A DNA stretch of 64,000 nucleotides from Macrostomum lignano (taxonomy: Eukaryota), in NCBI GenBank assembly GCA_002269645.1, contig NIVC01000202.1, positions 62,001-126,000 of the forward strand. The letters run 5' to 3'. A program made the translations under genes and the position numbers. The notes below the pieces were generated by a model. It worked only from the letters and a program-made list of their open reading frames with translations. It had not been told where the DNA came from and did no database searches. Every line of letters starts with the position of its first letter. Position 1 is the stretch's first letter. Shown here piece after piece: positions 48,313 to 61,333 of the stretch.

Positions 48313-48954
48313 CTGTACATTGTACATTGTACAGAGTATACATTATAGTGCAGTTATAGCACATGTATTATTGGCATTTTATATATAGCTAATATGTAAA
48401 CCTATGTAGCTGGCTATATACATGTACGAGCGTATATTTCATGCAGCTAACAGCATCCATAAGATCGGATAAGTTCAGAAATGAAAGTTGGCCAATAGTG
48501 CATCTTTTGTCTGTGCGCATCTTTCAGGATAATTAGAACAATTCCCATTTTTGTTTTCAAGAGATCTGCCGTTTACCAATGCAGCTTAATAGCAATGTAC
48601 ATGTTTTTTTATGATCAGCTGTTAATACAGAACATGCAGCTACTGTATAAACGAAAAATATACTTGTGTTGAAAACAATATTGCTTACAGGCTTACGCAG
48701 CCATGCACTATAACCAACAAATAAGCAGGTGTATCTTCAATTTAAATTTTAATATGTAGTAATATATGTACTTTTTTTATTCATTACAAAAACACATTAA
48801 TTGCGATGTTTTATAAAGATGTGCAGAAAGCAGTGTAATTTCCGATAAATATGACTTACATGTATAAACTCGTACATTTTACTCGTACAAATTTTTTATG
48901 ATGGTTGCAAAGTTTTATACATATTTTAGACAACTATAGAATTCTTGTGGGAGG

Positions 48955-49245
48955 GGGGTTGTAGCCTTGTGCTTAGAGCGTCGGACTATACGACTTGAAG
49001 TTCGGGGGACCCACTCGGAAAAAAATTGTGTCCTTGAGCAAGACACTTAACTCTCCATTGCTTCCGTTCACCCATGTAAAAATGGGTGCCAGCATTAGCT
49101 GGGGTGATTGCGGGTGTGTGTTGCGACCCCCCAGTCCTTGGACTGAACAGCCTTACGCAGCCTCCAGATGAGCCGCGCAATATCTGCGCGGCTGAACTGT
49201 CGCGGTTGCGCATCTGCTCAATTAAGGCAGGAGTAATATTTTATT
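48955..49245 (+). mobile_element. CORE-SINE family B, copy 4 (more diverged)
   Basis: Same head, CORE and tail with more substitutions. Confidence 0.85.
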
Positions 49246-49524
49246 ATCATTACCATTATTAGTATTCTTGTAAACTTTTCTTAGCACAAAAAGCAGAAAA
49301 TATTGATCAGGACACTAAAAGTTCAAATTGCAAAGATGTAGGCCGCACGCTACACTCTCTGCCTCACACTATTCATGACTCCCCTCTCGCCTAAATTGTT
49401 TACCGATTCTTGACCAATCACGCATCGCTTCACCTCCACCCCCGAAATTGACTTAATAAAAATTAAGCAAACAAAGCCACACAAATGCCACCCTTTTCGG
49501 CACGCAAACTTGCTTAAGACTTAA

Positions 49525-49915
49525 TATACCTTTTTGCAATCAATTTCGTCGTTTTTGCATTCAATTTCGGCGCGAGCGCTAGTGTGCAGTCCAAACAACT
49601 GAGCCATAGACACTGGGCAACTTTTGCGTTCAAATTCGGCCTTTTTGCGTACTATTTCGGCAGCGCAGTCACATGGGCTGCACTGTGGGCACAGTTCGAA
49701 TGTTTTTGCCATAGACACTTTCTCACTCGATCGCATTCAGTGAGGGTGGGACGAAAAATTTGTTTGATGCCGTAAGCTGCCGAAATAGGACGCAAAAAGA
49801 CCGAATTTGAACGCAAAAGTTTCCCAGTGTCTATGGCTCAGTTGTTTAGACTGCACACTAGCGCTCGCGCCGAAATTGAACGCAAAAACGACGAAATTGA
49901 TTGCAAAAAGGTATA
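49525..49915. mobile_element. MITE with ~140-bp TIRs and TA flanks (Tc1/mariner-type by inference)
   Basis: 49525-49664 is the near-perfect reverse complement of 49776-49915; ends TA-TACCTTTTTG...CAAAAAGGTA-TA. Confidence 0.85.
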
Positions 49916-50820
49916 GTTTATTCACGGAACGTCGAAAATTTCTTATCTACTTTTACTGCTTTTTAAAAGAGCAGTACGTACCGTGAAAGGTCTCGTTTAT
50001 AACAAAGCTGAAAACTTATACTGGCTTTTCACGAGTAAAATAGTTCTATATTTCATCATCTACAACTTATTGCTTAAAATTATTAAAAGCTAAAGCTGCA
50101 CAATAGTAAAATTTATACAATCAAAAGTTTTTTCTTCAGAATTTGACGTCGCACACGAAATAATTATAATACAGCAGGTACGGTGAAATAGTGATATCAA
50201 ATGTAACTGCATTTTCTGATAAAGTACGTCGTACTGCTTCTCAGTTTTTACTACGAGAAAAAATAAAGTACCCTTTTATCTTACAGAGTTTGCGCTTTCC
50301 GGACCGCTTTTTATTTCATAGTGTCATAATACTAGACACTCACTCAAGTCAAGATGTTATATAAGTTTTCTCTTATTACTTTTTCCCATAGAATAAAGCT
50401 TGCACGTGCTTTTGTGACAGTATTCTTTTATGGCTTTTAAAATTTAAGAAATTTTTAGAAGTAACATACATCCGAAAAAATGCTGAAAAATTAATATTTT
50501 TTCAATTATTAAATTAAAATAAAAAATTGAAATTAAATTACCAGCTCTGGAATAAAAAATTAATAGAAGTCGGTCTTTGTCTTTGTGTACTATTTGTAAT
50601 TATCTAAGTGGCCAAACTCATTTTAAATGCAATAATTTTTTATCTTTTTAATTCATATAATCATTTTAAAATGGAATTTATAAGCTTGCTAGTAGCCAAA
50701 ATTAATAAATTAATAGAAAAATAGTAATTAATAATTATGTTTTTATTTCATGCAAGTGGTATCCAAACTAACATCTATATTTCAGCATCTGACGCGATCC
50801 ACACTTTACATTAATTAGCC

Positions 50821-51075
50821 ATGAGCAGTGAACCAGAGAAACTAAAGCCAGTTCTTCCCCAACATGGCATGCTATTCCAAGAGCATGTTCCAGGGCCTGT
50901 GCTCTGTAAGCCGCGGCTGCTGCCATTGAAGTCATTTACATTGGAGCGTCTGGAGACTCTGCAGCGGGACGCAGAGGATGCAGTAAAGAAGGCGGACACT
51001 GAGGCCCGCATGCAGGCTGGGGCTGTGCTGTACCAGGCTGAGGAGGATGCTGGCGCCATGCTGGAAGCCAGTTGA
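50821..51075 (+). CDS. BBIP1: BBSome-interacting protein 1 (BBS18), 84 aa
   Basis: VLPQHGMLFQEHVPGPVLCKPRLLPLKSFTLERLETL matches BBIP1 [37 protein letters not shown]. Confidence 0.93.
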   Translation: MSSEPEKLKPVLPQHGMLFQEHVPGPVLCKPRLLPLKSFTLERLETLQRDAEDAVKKADTEARMQAGAVLYQAEEDAGAMLEAS

Positions 51076-51236
51076 TCTCCTGCTGACAAAATATTGTTTA
51101 AAAGCAATATTTTTCCATGGCTTTTTCAAATTTTATTCGTCTTTAAAATACAAGCGGTCTCAACTCTGTATCTAAATGTACAATTTTGCCCAAGGCTAAA
51201 GATCTACTTAATTTCTCTTTAATGATAACCTGCATT

Positions 51237-51422
51237 CAGTGGCGTAGCCAGGTTTTCCTTCTGGGGGGAGGGGGTCACAGTCAGTCACAGGCTCACAGCG
51301 GCAACCGGGGGCAGCTAGGGGTGCTAGGCCTCTGCGACGGGGGAGGGGGCCTGAAAATTTGGCCTGGATCAGCCGGCTGGGGGGGTTCATGACCCCCATG
51401 ACCCCCTGTGGCTACGCCCCTG
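51237..51422. mobile_element. 186-bp hAT-type MITE
   Basis: TIR CAG(T/G)GGCGTAGCCA; perfect 8-bp TSD CCTGCATT (51229-51236, 51423-51430). Confidence 0.9.
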
Positions 51423-52321
51423 CCTGCATTCCATTGTAGAAAGCTTATTAATTTGATTAATAAACTTGAGCACAGACTATGTGTTAAGCTGTCTCATATA
51501 CCTAATGCAGGTGTTTAAATAATGTTTGAAAACTTATCTAACGAATTCAGTACTGTTTGCTGTAAACTTTTAAATTGTATGCCGACTTCAAAACATGTTC
51601 TCTTTAAAGTAATTTTCTATTGTTTATTCATTCAACCCATGCTTTCGTAATTATTCCATTGTAATAACTTTGTATTATCGTCGTGACCTGCTGTTTGTGC
51701 CTGTATTAATTATAATTGAGCCCAATCTGCTGGGTCAGACGCCACCCCGCTTTTTGTTTGTTTATTTATCGTAAAAATACTGAAAGTGAAATGACGCTCA
51801 CAAGAAGTTGTTGACCGAATTTGTCTATGGCAAAACCCTTTCAGTGCTATGCGTTCTCTACATACTCGTACGTTCCTGACGGGCCTCCATGCAGGAAATT
51901 TCTAAGAATATCCAGTTTAGCGTCATTCTTTGTCAGTTGTCCATGAACTTATCGTACTGTGATGGTCTTAGCTCCAGTGGAAATGCAAGGTTTTGCACGA
52001 AAAATACACTGAACACATTAGCACACAGCCCTTGGATGGGCACCGCCTGCTATATTTCTATTGTCTACTACTGAAAGTAGCTGCCGTAAGATTTTAACTG
52101 CTAAATTCTATCTCAATTTCCGGTAAATAGGATAGGATCTCATTAATATTAATAATAAGTAGATTGCTACTATAAAAACGAAGCTTCTAGCAGGAAGAGA
52201 AGTAAATGCAAATAACAAACACAAAAGTTTTTGTTTTAATCAGTGCCTCCGATCAAACGCCAAACAAGTCTTGATCGCGTTTGTTTATTAGCACTGGGCA
52301 GTTCGGGTTAATCGAACTATT

Positions 52322-52609
52322 TTACAGCTTGATGCAGCTGATGATCTGGATGGCGCTGCCGCCGCACTTGCTGGCCAGGCAGGTGGCCAGCTTGGTGATG
52401 TTGGTGCCGCTGGAGAAGAAGCAGGTGATCAGGTTGGAGATCAGGCAGGTCGCGGAGCTGATGCCGTTCTGCTGCAGGCAGTTGGTGTCGATGCTCAGCA
52501 CGGGCACGACCTCGTGAATGATGTCGTTAATGACCTCATTCTTCTGCTCAGGGGTGTAGGAGGCGGCGGCGAAGGCCACGAGAGCGAACAGGCAGGCGAG
52601 CTTGTACAT
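52322..52609 (-). CDS. Small secreted 6-Cys protein (95 aa), family unrecognised
   Basis: Signal peptide MYKLACLFALVAFAAA; mature Cys spacing C-x10-C-x7-C-x13-C-x4-C-x9-C; strong GC3 bias; upstream TATA box. Confidence 0.85.
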   Translation of the reverse strand: MYKLACLFALVAFAAASYTPEQKNEVINDIIHEVVPVLSIDTNCLQQNGISSATCLISNLITCFFSSGTNITKLATCLASKCGGSAIQIISCIKL

Positions 52610-52698
52610 GGCTGTGCTGTTGTGTGCTTTGGCGCTGATGTGGAAGGCTTGTTCTAGTTAGCTGATGAATATGGTTTTGACTCCGCCAGCCGTGCCTT

Positions 52699-52706
52699 TA
52701 TTTATA
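52699..52706 (-). promoter_or_regulatory. TATA box (TATAAATA) of the 95-aa gene
   Basis: About 90 nt upstream of the ATG, in a GC-rich context. Confidence 0.65.
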
Positions 52707-53169
52707 ATACCGCTGTGCCGCTGCAGGTGACGCTGTCTCGGACACTCCTGCTTCGCCCACGGCCCTGTCAAACTTGTCAATTAATTGGTGTCCGAGGTCA
52801 CCTGGCTGCGAACTCTGGCGTGCAGTGCAGATTTTCCTTGGTTTTTAGGCTACTAAATTGTGTAGAGTTCATAACAGTTCGTGGGACACTGGCATGTGCG
52901 AGGCGTCAAAGAGGTTTAGTTGTCAGCGCGGGTGTGACTTGTCAACTTGATTTTCTGATATTTTTGGATTCTAGCATGGAAAATTTGTCACCTACTACAA
53001 AGTCAAAAACTTGTTTGACAAGTCATTTTCTGTTCGTGACCTTCTCTTCTCAGTTGGTAAACTCTATGATTTTCTGAATATTTCAATTTAGCTAGGCTCG
53101 TAATATGGAAGAAACTGCATGCATGAATGCGGACCAGGATCGTACATTTATGTATTGGCGCAAGTTTAA

Positions 53170-53472
53170 GTAATAATTTATTACACCTGCCTTAATGGGA
53201 AGATGTGCAACCGACAGCTCAGCCGCAGCTATTGCGTGGCGCATCTGAAGGCTGCGTACGGCTGTTCAGTCCAAGGACTGGGGGGTCGCCACACACAGCC
53301 TCAATTACCACAGCTAATGCTGGCACCAATTTTACAGCTGGGTGAACTGAAGCAATGCAGAGTCAAGTGTCTTGCTCAAGGACACAAACTGCACGTTCCG
53401 ATTGGGTCGAGAATCGAACCCCCGACCTTTCAGTCGTGAGTCCGACGCTCTATTAACTACTACCGCTACACC
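53170..53472 (-). mobile_element. CORE-SINE family B, copy 5
   Basis: Full-length copy in reverse orientation. Confidence 0.88.
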
Positions 53473-53865
53473 TCTTTAATGGTTAAGGATATAGGTATTA
53501 TGGCTCGTACTGGAGCCTCGTAATGAAAAGTTGTAGTCTTTACGTATAAATCTTAGTCACAACAAGGACCACTTAGAAACTTAATTACGTACTTCTTAAA
53601 ATGAATTGTCCTTATGAGTTGAGCCCCTGCTGACTAAGCTCTAGTCATATTTTTGGAAGTTCCTTGTTAAGCGTGTAGGCAATGTATCCTGAATAGGAGT
53701 ATAGGATATAGATGATATAGAAATATAGTGTAGATATAGTTTAACGTCGGCACCTGATGTACAAAAACTACACCAATTTGTGTACAAGTCTGCATATCAC
53801 ATCAATTTTGTCTTTCGTCTGATGGCGGTATGAACGAGCCTAAAGTTATTAATTGACAAGCGTCA

Positions 53866-54786
53866 TCAGTCCTCAGCTTCCCCAGCATCCGCTGTTTCCT
53901 CCGCTTCTTCCGCCGCCTGAGGCTTCGTATCCGCCTCGGAAATTTCATCTTCACAGACAGTCCGCCTTCGCTGCAGCATCCGCCGCTTCCGCTGCAGCTG
54001 GCGGGTCAGCTCGTCTCCCGCTGCTTGCGGCTGGCTGGCCTTCCGCTGCCTCTTCACTGAGCCGGAGTTTGGCGGAGTCGAACCCAGCTGCGGCTGCGCC
54101 AGAGCAAAGCAGGCCAGCGCATTCTCTTCGTCATCCTCATCTTCGCAGCCGTAGCGCCGTCTCAGGTAGACTTCCCACAGACGGGCGACAATCTCCGTGC
54201 AGATAACGTCGCCGGAGTTGAGTGCAATCATCTTCAGCAGAAAGGTGCCGTCGTGCCGGAGAAAGTCTCTGATGAAGCGGCTGATGTCGCGCTTGTCAAC
54301 TGCGGGCGATCGGTCGGCCAGTTTAAGGTAGCTGCGCACGAACTGGGATCGCTTGCGGAACAGCAGGATGCGGGCGACCCAAACTGGCAGGCTTAGCGCA
54401 GTTAGCGAGGCCGTAGTGATCACCCAGAACCACAGGAAGATGTAGATCTTCTCGTTGATCATGTTGATGGGCAGGGTGCACTGGGAGTAGACGTAGTTGC
54501 CGCCAGCCGGTGCTCTGTAGAACACCGCGCACACGCCGACGCGAGCGAAAATCATCGTCTGAGTCCAGTCACGGCCGTGGCGCAGGTTCTGCAGTACAGC
54601 GGCGCCGAATGCGAAATAGCTGGCGTTGAAACCCAGGAAAGAGTGCATCAAGTAGAGCTGGCCCACCGCGTTTCCAATGTAGCACATTTTGATGATAAAG
54701 TAAGTGAAAATCAACCAGTTACCAAGCCGTTGCGATGGCAACAGTCGGCGGAAACTGCCACGTAAGCGCTCTGTGGTTGTCAATTT
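53866..54786 (-). CDS. inx: Innexin exon 3 (TM3, TM4 and C-tail)
   Basis: GNWLIFTYFIIKMCY...QCTLPINMINEKIYIFLWFW...FLRHDGTFLLKMI innexin motifs. Confidence 0.96.
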   Translation of the reverse strand, partial: KLTTTERLRGSFRRLLPSQRLGNWLIFTYFIIKMCYIGNAVGQLYLMHSFLGFNASYFAFGAAVLQNLRHGRDWTQTMIFARVGVCAVFYRAPAGGNYVYSQCTLPINMINEKIYIFLWFWVITTASLTALSLPVWVARILLFRKRSQFVRSYLKLADRSPAVDKRDISRFIRDFLRHDGTFLLKMIALNSGDVICTEIVARLWEVYLRRRYGCEDEDDEENALACFALAQPQLGSTPPNSGSVKRQRKASQPQAAGDELTRQLQRKRRMLQRRRTVCEDEISEADTKPQAAEEAEETADAGEAED

Positions 54787-54947
54787 CTGAAAGGAATATA
54801 GGGTAAGAGAAGACCTGGACAACATCTTGAAATATCCTAAAAAAGCTCCCTGAAGGAAATATAAGGGGATAGGAAGGTACCTCGGGTGCCTTTCATACTG
54901 AGAAATTTCACGCTTAAATTTGTTGCGCGTTCGCGTACATTCGTGTA

Positions 54948-55318
54948 TTTTTTTTTTTTAGAGGCAGGGGGGTTGTGTGCACCCTGGCGCATTTTAAGCG
55001 ACATAGGCACACAACCGGCGAGAGGCATTACTGCCCATTCCGCCGACTCCCCTGAGCAGGCACACAAGCGCGCGGATACGTACGCAGGCACACACTCACA
55101 CAGGAGTGTACAGCGGCCCTAACTTTTTTTTTATATTATCATTAGGCATGTACACTTCACTGCGCCTTGGGGGGTTGGCTGTCAAGGCCGTTAATTGCAC
55201 GAGCAGAGCCAAGCCGAGATTCCAATTCAGCCCCAAATTAATGTGGCTGCACTTGGAATCGAGCCTGGGTCGCTGGCACACCAGAGCAGCTGCGCTACCG
55301 CTGGGCTACAGCCCCCCC
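54948..55318 (-). mobile_element. SINE family A, copy 3, with 13-bp TSD GTACATTCGTGTA
   Basis: Poly(A) tail at the left, A and B boxes at the right; TSD at 54935-54947 and 55319-55331. Confidence 0.92.
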
Positions 55319-55320
55319 GT

Positions 55321-55780
55321 ACATTCGTGTAGTGGGTGAAGACATTCGTGTAGTGGGTGAAGACATTCGTGTAGTGGGTGAAGACATTCGTGTAGTGGGT
55401 GAAGACATTCGTGTAGTGGGTGAAGACATTCATGTAGTGGGTGAAGACATTCGTGTAGTGGGTGAAGACATTCGTGTAGTGGGTGAAGACATTCGTGTAG
55501 TGGGTGAAGACATTCGTGTAGTGGGTGAAGACATTCGTGTAGTGGGTGAAGACATTCGTGTAGTGGGTGAAGACATTCGTGTAGTGGGTGAAGACATTCA
55601 TGTAGTGGGTGAAGACATTCGTGTAGTGGGTGAAGACATTCGTGTAGTGGGTGAAGACATTCGTGTAGTGGGTGAAGACATTCGTGTAGTGGGTGAAGAC
55701 ATTCATGTAGTGGGTGAAGACATTCGTGTAGTGGGTGAAGACATTCGTGTAGTGGGTGAAGACATTCGTGTAGTGGGTGA
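55321..55780. repeat. 21-bp minisatellite ACATTCGTGTAGTGGGTGAAG in innexin intron 2
   Basis: About 22 tandem units beginning inside the SINE TSD. Confidence 0.98.
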
Positions 55781-55955
55781 AGTGTAATTTCAGGCGAAGC
55801 ACTCTTTCTATTTGCTTTGTGTAGCTTAACTTTCTATCCAAGGATGATTGATTTTTTATCTTCGGTAAGTCAAACTAGGCAATTAAAAAGTCGCAAAATA
55901 TTAATTTATATTTGATCTATCATTTATTATCCATGATAACAAAAGATTGCCTCAC

Positions 55956-56290
55956 CCCATGTGGTCCACTACTGCAACGGTGCTTCTTGTTGTGCTGAAA
56001 AAGCAACTGCTCCAGCCTTCTACAGACGTGCTGCACCAGCTTTGCATGCTTCTCGCCATCGGCAGTCACAGCGTCGTTAGCCGTCCGAATAATGTGACCG
56101 ATGTCCGTGCCCGCCCTGTTGTAGCTCATCATGCCCCAGAGTACTCTGGGCAGGTAGAACATCAGCGACTGCAGGCCCAGCACGAATGGCACCCACTGGT
56201 AGTAGACAATGCGGCGGTCTCTGTACACCCCGATCGGGTCCGGCTGGCTGTTGTCGATATGAAACTCGGCGATGGGGACGGCGAACGTTC
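55956..56290 (-). CDS. inx: Innexin exon 2
   Basis: YYQWVPFVLGLQSLMFYLPRVLW hallmark motif; phase-consistent. Confidence 0.96.
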
Positions 56291-56711
56291 CTTGGGTAGC
56301 GGCGGGTGACAAGAAGGGGGGGCATCAGCGACTGTGGCTTACGCAAAAAAAGTTTATCAATATACTCGTATTTTGCGTGTACATGTACCTATTTTAAGTC
56401 AAACGATGCCCAATAGGTCCAATTTTGGTGATTTTAGTTCGGCTGATGATAATTGACGTTTTGTGTACCATTACCAATGTAACATGGGCAAAATTGGCGT
56501 ATCTTTTAAGGAATATGTTGTAGATCAGGTTCCCCTAATATGTAGCTAATGTATTGCAATAAAAATTTGGACGTGTCCAGTATGTTTTTTAGGTCACGTG
56601 GACATCCCTGCGACCTAGAAAAATACAAGCAATTGCTTCCGCACTGTCAGCGGTCGCTGCTCAGACAGTTTCAAAAACAAACAAATGCCAGACGTTCCCA
56701 AATCAACTCAC

Positions 56712-56949
56712 CTTCCGTCCAGCAATAATTGTTAACGTACTGTTCTTGACCGCTGTGGGCTCCAACCTCGTTCGGTATGTAGCAGGCTACAGGCGACAGC
56801 ACGTAGGTCTTTAGTGTCACCGTGGTGCAGCAGACCAGCAGCAGAATGACGGTCACTTCAAAGTTGAGCCGATCGGAGAAGTCTTCCACCCCGGCGTAGG
56901 TGACCTGCTGCAGTTTGTTGAACTTGTCGAATATCTCGGCTGCAGCCAT
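56712..56949 (-). CDS. inx: Innexin exon 1; full model 497 aa
   Basis: EDFSDRLN...PVACYIP...YVNNYCWTEG innexin N-terminal motifs. Confidence 0.96.
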
Positions 56950-58079
56950 GCTGCACGAACTCCGAGCATGCGTCTGGGGAAAATGCTCTCCTCTCTGTCT
57001 GTGTGCGCCTTCCTCTTTCCTTTCGCCTTGAACCCAGCTTATAGCTAGTATTGATACAACGGCTTGGGAAGTCCACCCGAAGCAATTCCTTTCCTTCCCC
57101 AGAAACTCCCGTCGCGTTTTGCTCGTTTGCTGCTCCGTGCAACGGTCGCTGGCGTGGGGAAGAGATCAGGCGCAGAGATACACGCCCTTCCCAGCTGATG
57201 ATCCCATTCTGGGACTATTTCTGGACGTACTTGCTTACCCCCCGCATGTTTGTCAGCGAGTTCGCACTGCGGTGGCCCAGCGTACATCGATTGACGCTCG
57301 CCGGTTCTGAGAGAGATTGGATGGAGTTGATGGAGACAAAGGCCGGAGGACGCGGTTCTCAGACCTTACCAATGGTCATTCTGCCATAGACGCCAAACGA
57401 ACAGACATACTCGCTCGTAGATCAGCAGATATTGGCAGAAAAAAAGAATTTAAGACGGCCCTATTGTGTTCGGGTGCATGTAAAATTCATTCGGTGGTAA
57501 AGTTAGTAAAGTTAGTAAAGCTGGCTGCACCCAATTATGTGGACATTTTCATTCCTAGCAAATTGTTCAATTTATGTCTGGGAGCGACCTTTAGGAAAAA
57601 TATCGATAGCAGCAGTAAAGAGTAAACTACCAACCAACCAACTAATACAATACCGCTTTGAACTGGATATGAGCCAGCATGGACACAGAATGGATTAACC
57701 ATTTTACACTCTCTTCTTTGCCCAGGCAAACAAATTCTTTTCATTGACAGGGACCATGGGAGAGACAAAGTAAACATGCATTCACATAGATACTCGTCAC
57801 CCAATGAAGGTATCCCATGCTACAAGAGGATTTATAGCAGAAAGTTCATTCGGTTGGAAATAAATTATGTGACATGCTTTTAATAAATGTTAAATATCGG
57901 CATTAAAAGTACACAAACACAAATGTATTTACATACATTCCTCTTTTGCTTAGCTTTGTCTTTGTCGTACAAGCTGTACTTTTTTTTCTACTACGTGATA
58001 GCAAGCATGCCCAGTGGCTTTTTGGGAACGTTTTAAAAGCATTTGGGAATTGAGTAAGACAAAAGAGAGAGGCAACCAA

Positions 58080-58831
<752 letters not shown>

Positions 58832-59414
58832 TTACATGCAAATTATCACATCTCAGGCCCCTGATAAAGTCACGACAAGAAAATGACTTCACCCCTTGAG
58901 GAACCCAAGCAAACAGGCTGCGGCAGGCTGGTTGAATAGAATTAAAAATACATCTGAAAGTTAACACAGAAAATTATTTTTTTAAAGAGCAGCTGCACAG
59001 TTCACCAGCCCAGCGGCCACAGTTCCAGCTTAAACTGGAATCGCTGAAGAGGTCGGGAGAGGAAGCGACACTTGACAGATCTTGTCTATGCAGCAGGGCT
59101 CTCTGCTGCACTGCACTGGGAGGCAATCGGGTCACATGCCTCCGGATCTAAGATCCAGGTGATGTTGGCATTTTATTCGATTGCAAAAAAACTCTGGCGG
59201 AGGCGAAAAAGTACGCGCGACCAAACCAAAGCCAAAAACAGATTTTTTAAAACTTCATCAATTCAATTCGACTTCTTCCCTCTGTGGCGTCAGTGTATTG
59301 GTTGAACAGCCTTTGTAAAATATTCAATTGAAAAAAAGTTTTCGAAGACTTTCTGTCACCTATTAATTCAGCAATTTAGTTTCTGGATTAAGTAATGATT
59401 TCTAGACTAATAAT

Positions 59415-59714
59415 TAATATCTAAATAATTGACTACACCTGCCCTACTGGGCAGATGTGCAACCGACAGCTCAGCCGCAGCTATTGCGCGGCGCATCTGA
59501 AGGCTGCGTACGGCTGTTCAGTCCAAGGACTGGGGGGTCGCCACACACAGCCTCAATTACCCCAGCTAATGCTGGCACCCATTTTACAGCTGGGTGAACT
59601 GAAGCAATGCAGAGTTAAGTGTCTTGCTCAAAGACACAGATTGCTCCGAATGGGTTTAGAATCGAACCCCCGACCTTTCAGTCGTGAATCAGACGCTCTG
59701 ACCACTAGGCTAGC
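59415..59714 (-). mobile_element. CORE-SINE family B, copy 6
   Basis: Full-length copy in reverse orientation. Confidence 0.88.
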
Positions 59715-59959
59715 ACTCTGTCTGAGACGCGTAGAAGCAACAGAAACGTACGCCAGCTGAAGGTAAAGACAATGAGAGGGCAGAACAACTCAGCGATAAT
59801 ACGACTTCACGCTATACGACCTTCAGCTGGTTCGATTCCGCGCGCGACCCTCATTCATTGGCCGGGAGGTTTTCGTGCAATTCACAGCCAAGAGGACAAT
59901 GCCAATGCTTTGTCCCCCCCACCCCATCTTGTGACCCGTTGTGATAAGCAATAATTTTT

Positions 59960-60191
59960 CTTCAGGGCGCCAAAATATAGCGCCTGCGGCGCCAAAAGAA
60001 ACGCATGCGGCGCTAAAATGAGTGCCTGCGGCGCTAAAATGAGTGCCTGCGGCGCTAAAATGAGTGTCTGCGGCGCCAAAATGAGCGCTGACAACATGAT
60101 TCTCAAAATAATGGAAATGTAAGAATTTAGTAATGTACATTTTGAGTTCTTGGCTTTGTCCCCCACCATAAAATCCATGGCAACGCCCCTG
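59960..60191. mobile_element. Partial hAT-like MITE end (…TGGCAACGCCCCTG) with an internal 21-bp GCGGCGC(C/T)AAAATGAGTGCCT repeat
   Basis: Right end resembles the 51237 element; left end and TSD not found. Confidence 0.4.
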
Positions 60192-60470
60192 CCTGTAATT
60201 ACTAATATTATTAGTCTTTGAACTCCCTACATCCGTGACTGAATTACAGCACACAAAGCTGTCAGGACCACCAAAAATAGCAGCAAACACGAAGCAAAAA
60301 TTTGCAATAATTAAAATTTGTCAAAATTCATAGGTCACAAAGGCGAAGCATCGATTATTTTTACTTAAAAAGCTGCAGACTAAAAGATTAAAGCAAACCG
60401 ATTGAATAAAACATTTTGGTTAAAAAAATAAAAATTGATTTTTTTGTCATAAAAAAGTTACAAGCAAAGG

Positions 60471-60669
60471 TCAGCCGGAATCCTCACTGCTGGACTGGCC
60501 GCCCGACATGTACTGATCGATATCGCGGTCCAGCTCGCGCCTGCACGGAACTCGGCGCTCTGGACGGCGCCAGTTTGAGTTGGCGCCGACTGGCCGCTGC
60601 GCGTGAGACGCCTCGATCACGCTGCTGTTGCTATGGCAACCGGAGCCGAGCCAGCGCTCGGCTGTTCCA
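60471..60669 (-). CDS. Terminal exon of a possible CHTOP/ALYREF-like gene
   Basis: Ends RRELDRDIDQYMSGGQSSSEDSG*, resembling the LDxxLDxYM UAP56-binding motif; phase matches the upstream exon. Confidence 0.5.
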
Positions 60670-60727
60670 CTGAATATAAGCAGATAGCAGTGAGCTGTGT
60701 GGCAAAGCAATAGTCTTCAGTCCAGAT

Positions 60728-61265
60728 GAATCTCACCTACCTCTCATGGAATCTCTTCCAGTCTCATACAATCTCACCCAGTCTCATGAAATCTGACCCA
60801 ATTTCATGCAGTCGCACCCAATCTCATGCAATCTCACATAATCTCATGGAATCTCACCCAGTCTCGTGCAATCTCATGCAATCTCACAAAATCTCATGGA
60901 ATCTCACCCAGTCTTACACAATCTCACCCTATCTCATGCAATCCAATATACTAAAAATCTAATCTAATCTCATGCAATCTCACCCAATCTCATGCAATCT
61001 CACCCAATCTCATGCAATCTCACCCAATCTCATGCAATCTCACCCAATCTCATGCAATCTCATCTAATCTCGTGGAATCTCACGCAATCTCATACAATCT
61101 CACCCAATCTTATACAATCTCACCCAATCTCATCTCATCTCGTGGAAATTCGTTCGATCTCATGCAATCTCATACAATCTCACAAATTTCATGGAATGTC
61201 GTCAAATCTCATCCAATTTTACTTAATCTCTTGCAATCTCATGGAATCTCATGGAATCTCACTCA
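60728..61265. repeat. 10/20-bp minisatellite AATCTCATGCAATCTCACCC
   Basis: Tandem units in the predicted intron. Confidence 0.93.
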
Positions 61266-61333
61266 GTCTTACAGAATCTCACTGTCAGGCCCTCATTCAC
61301 CAGTGCGTCAGTAATGAGTCAAGCCAAGCCTAC

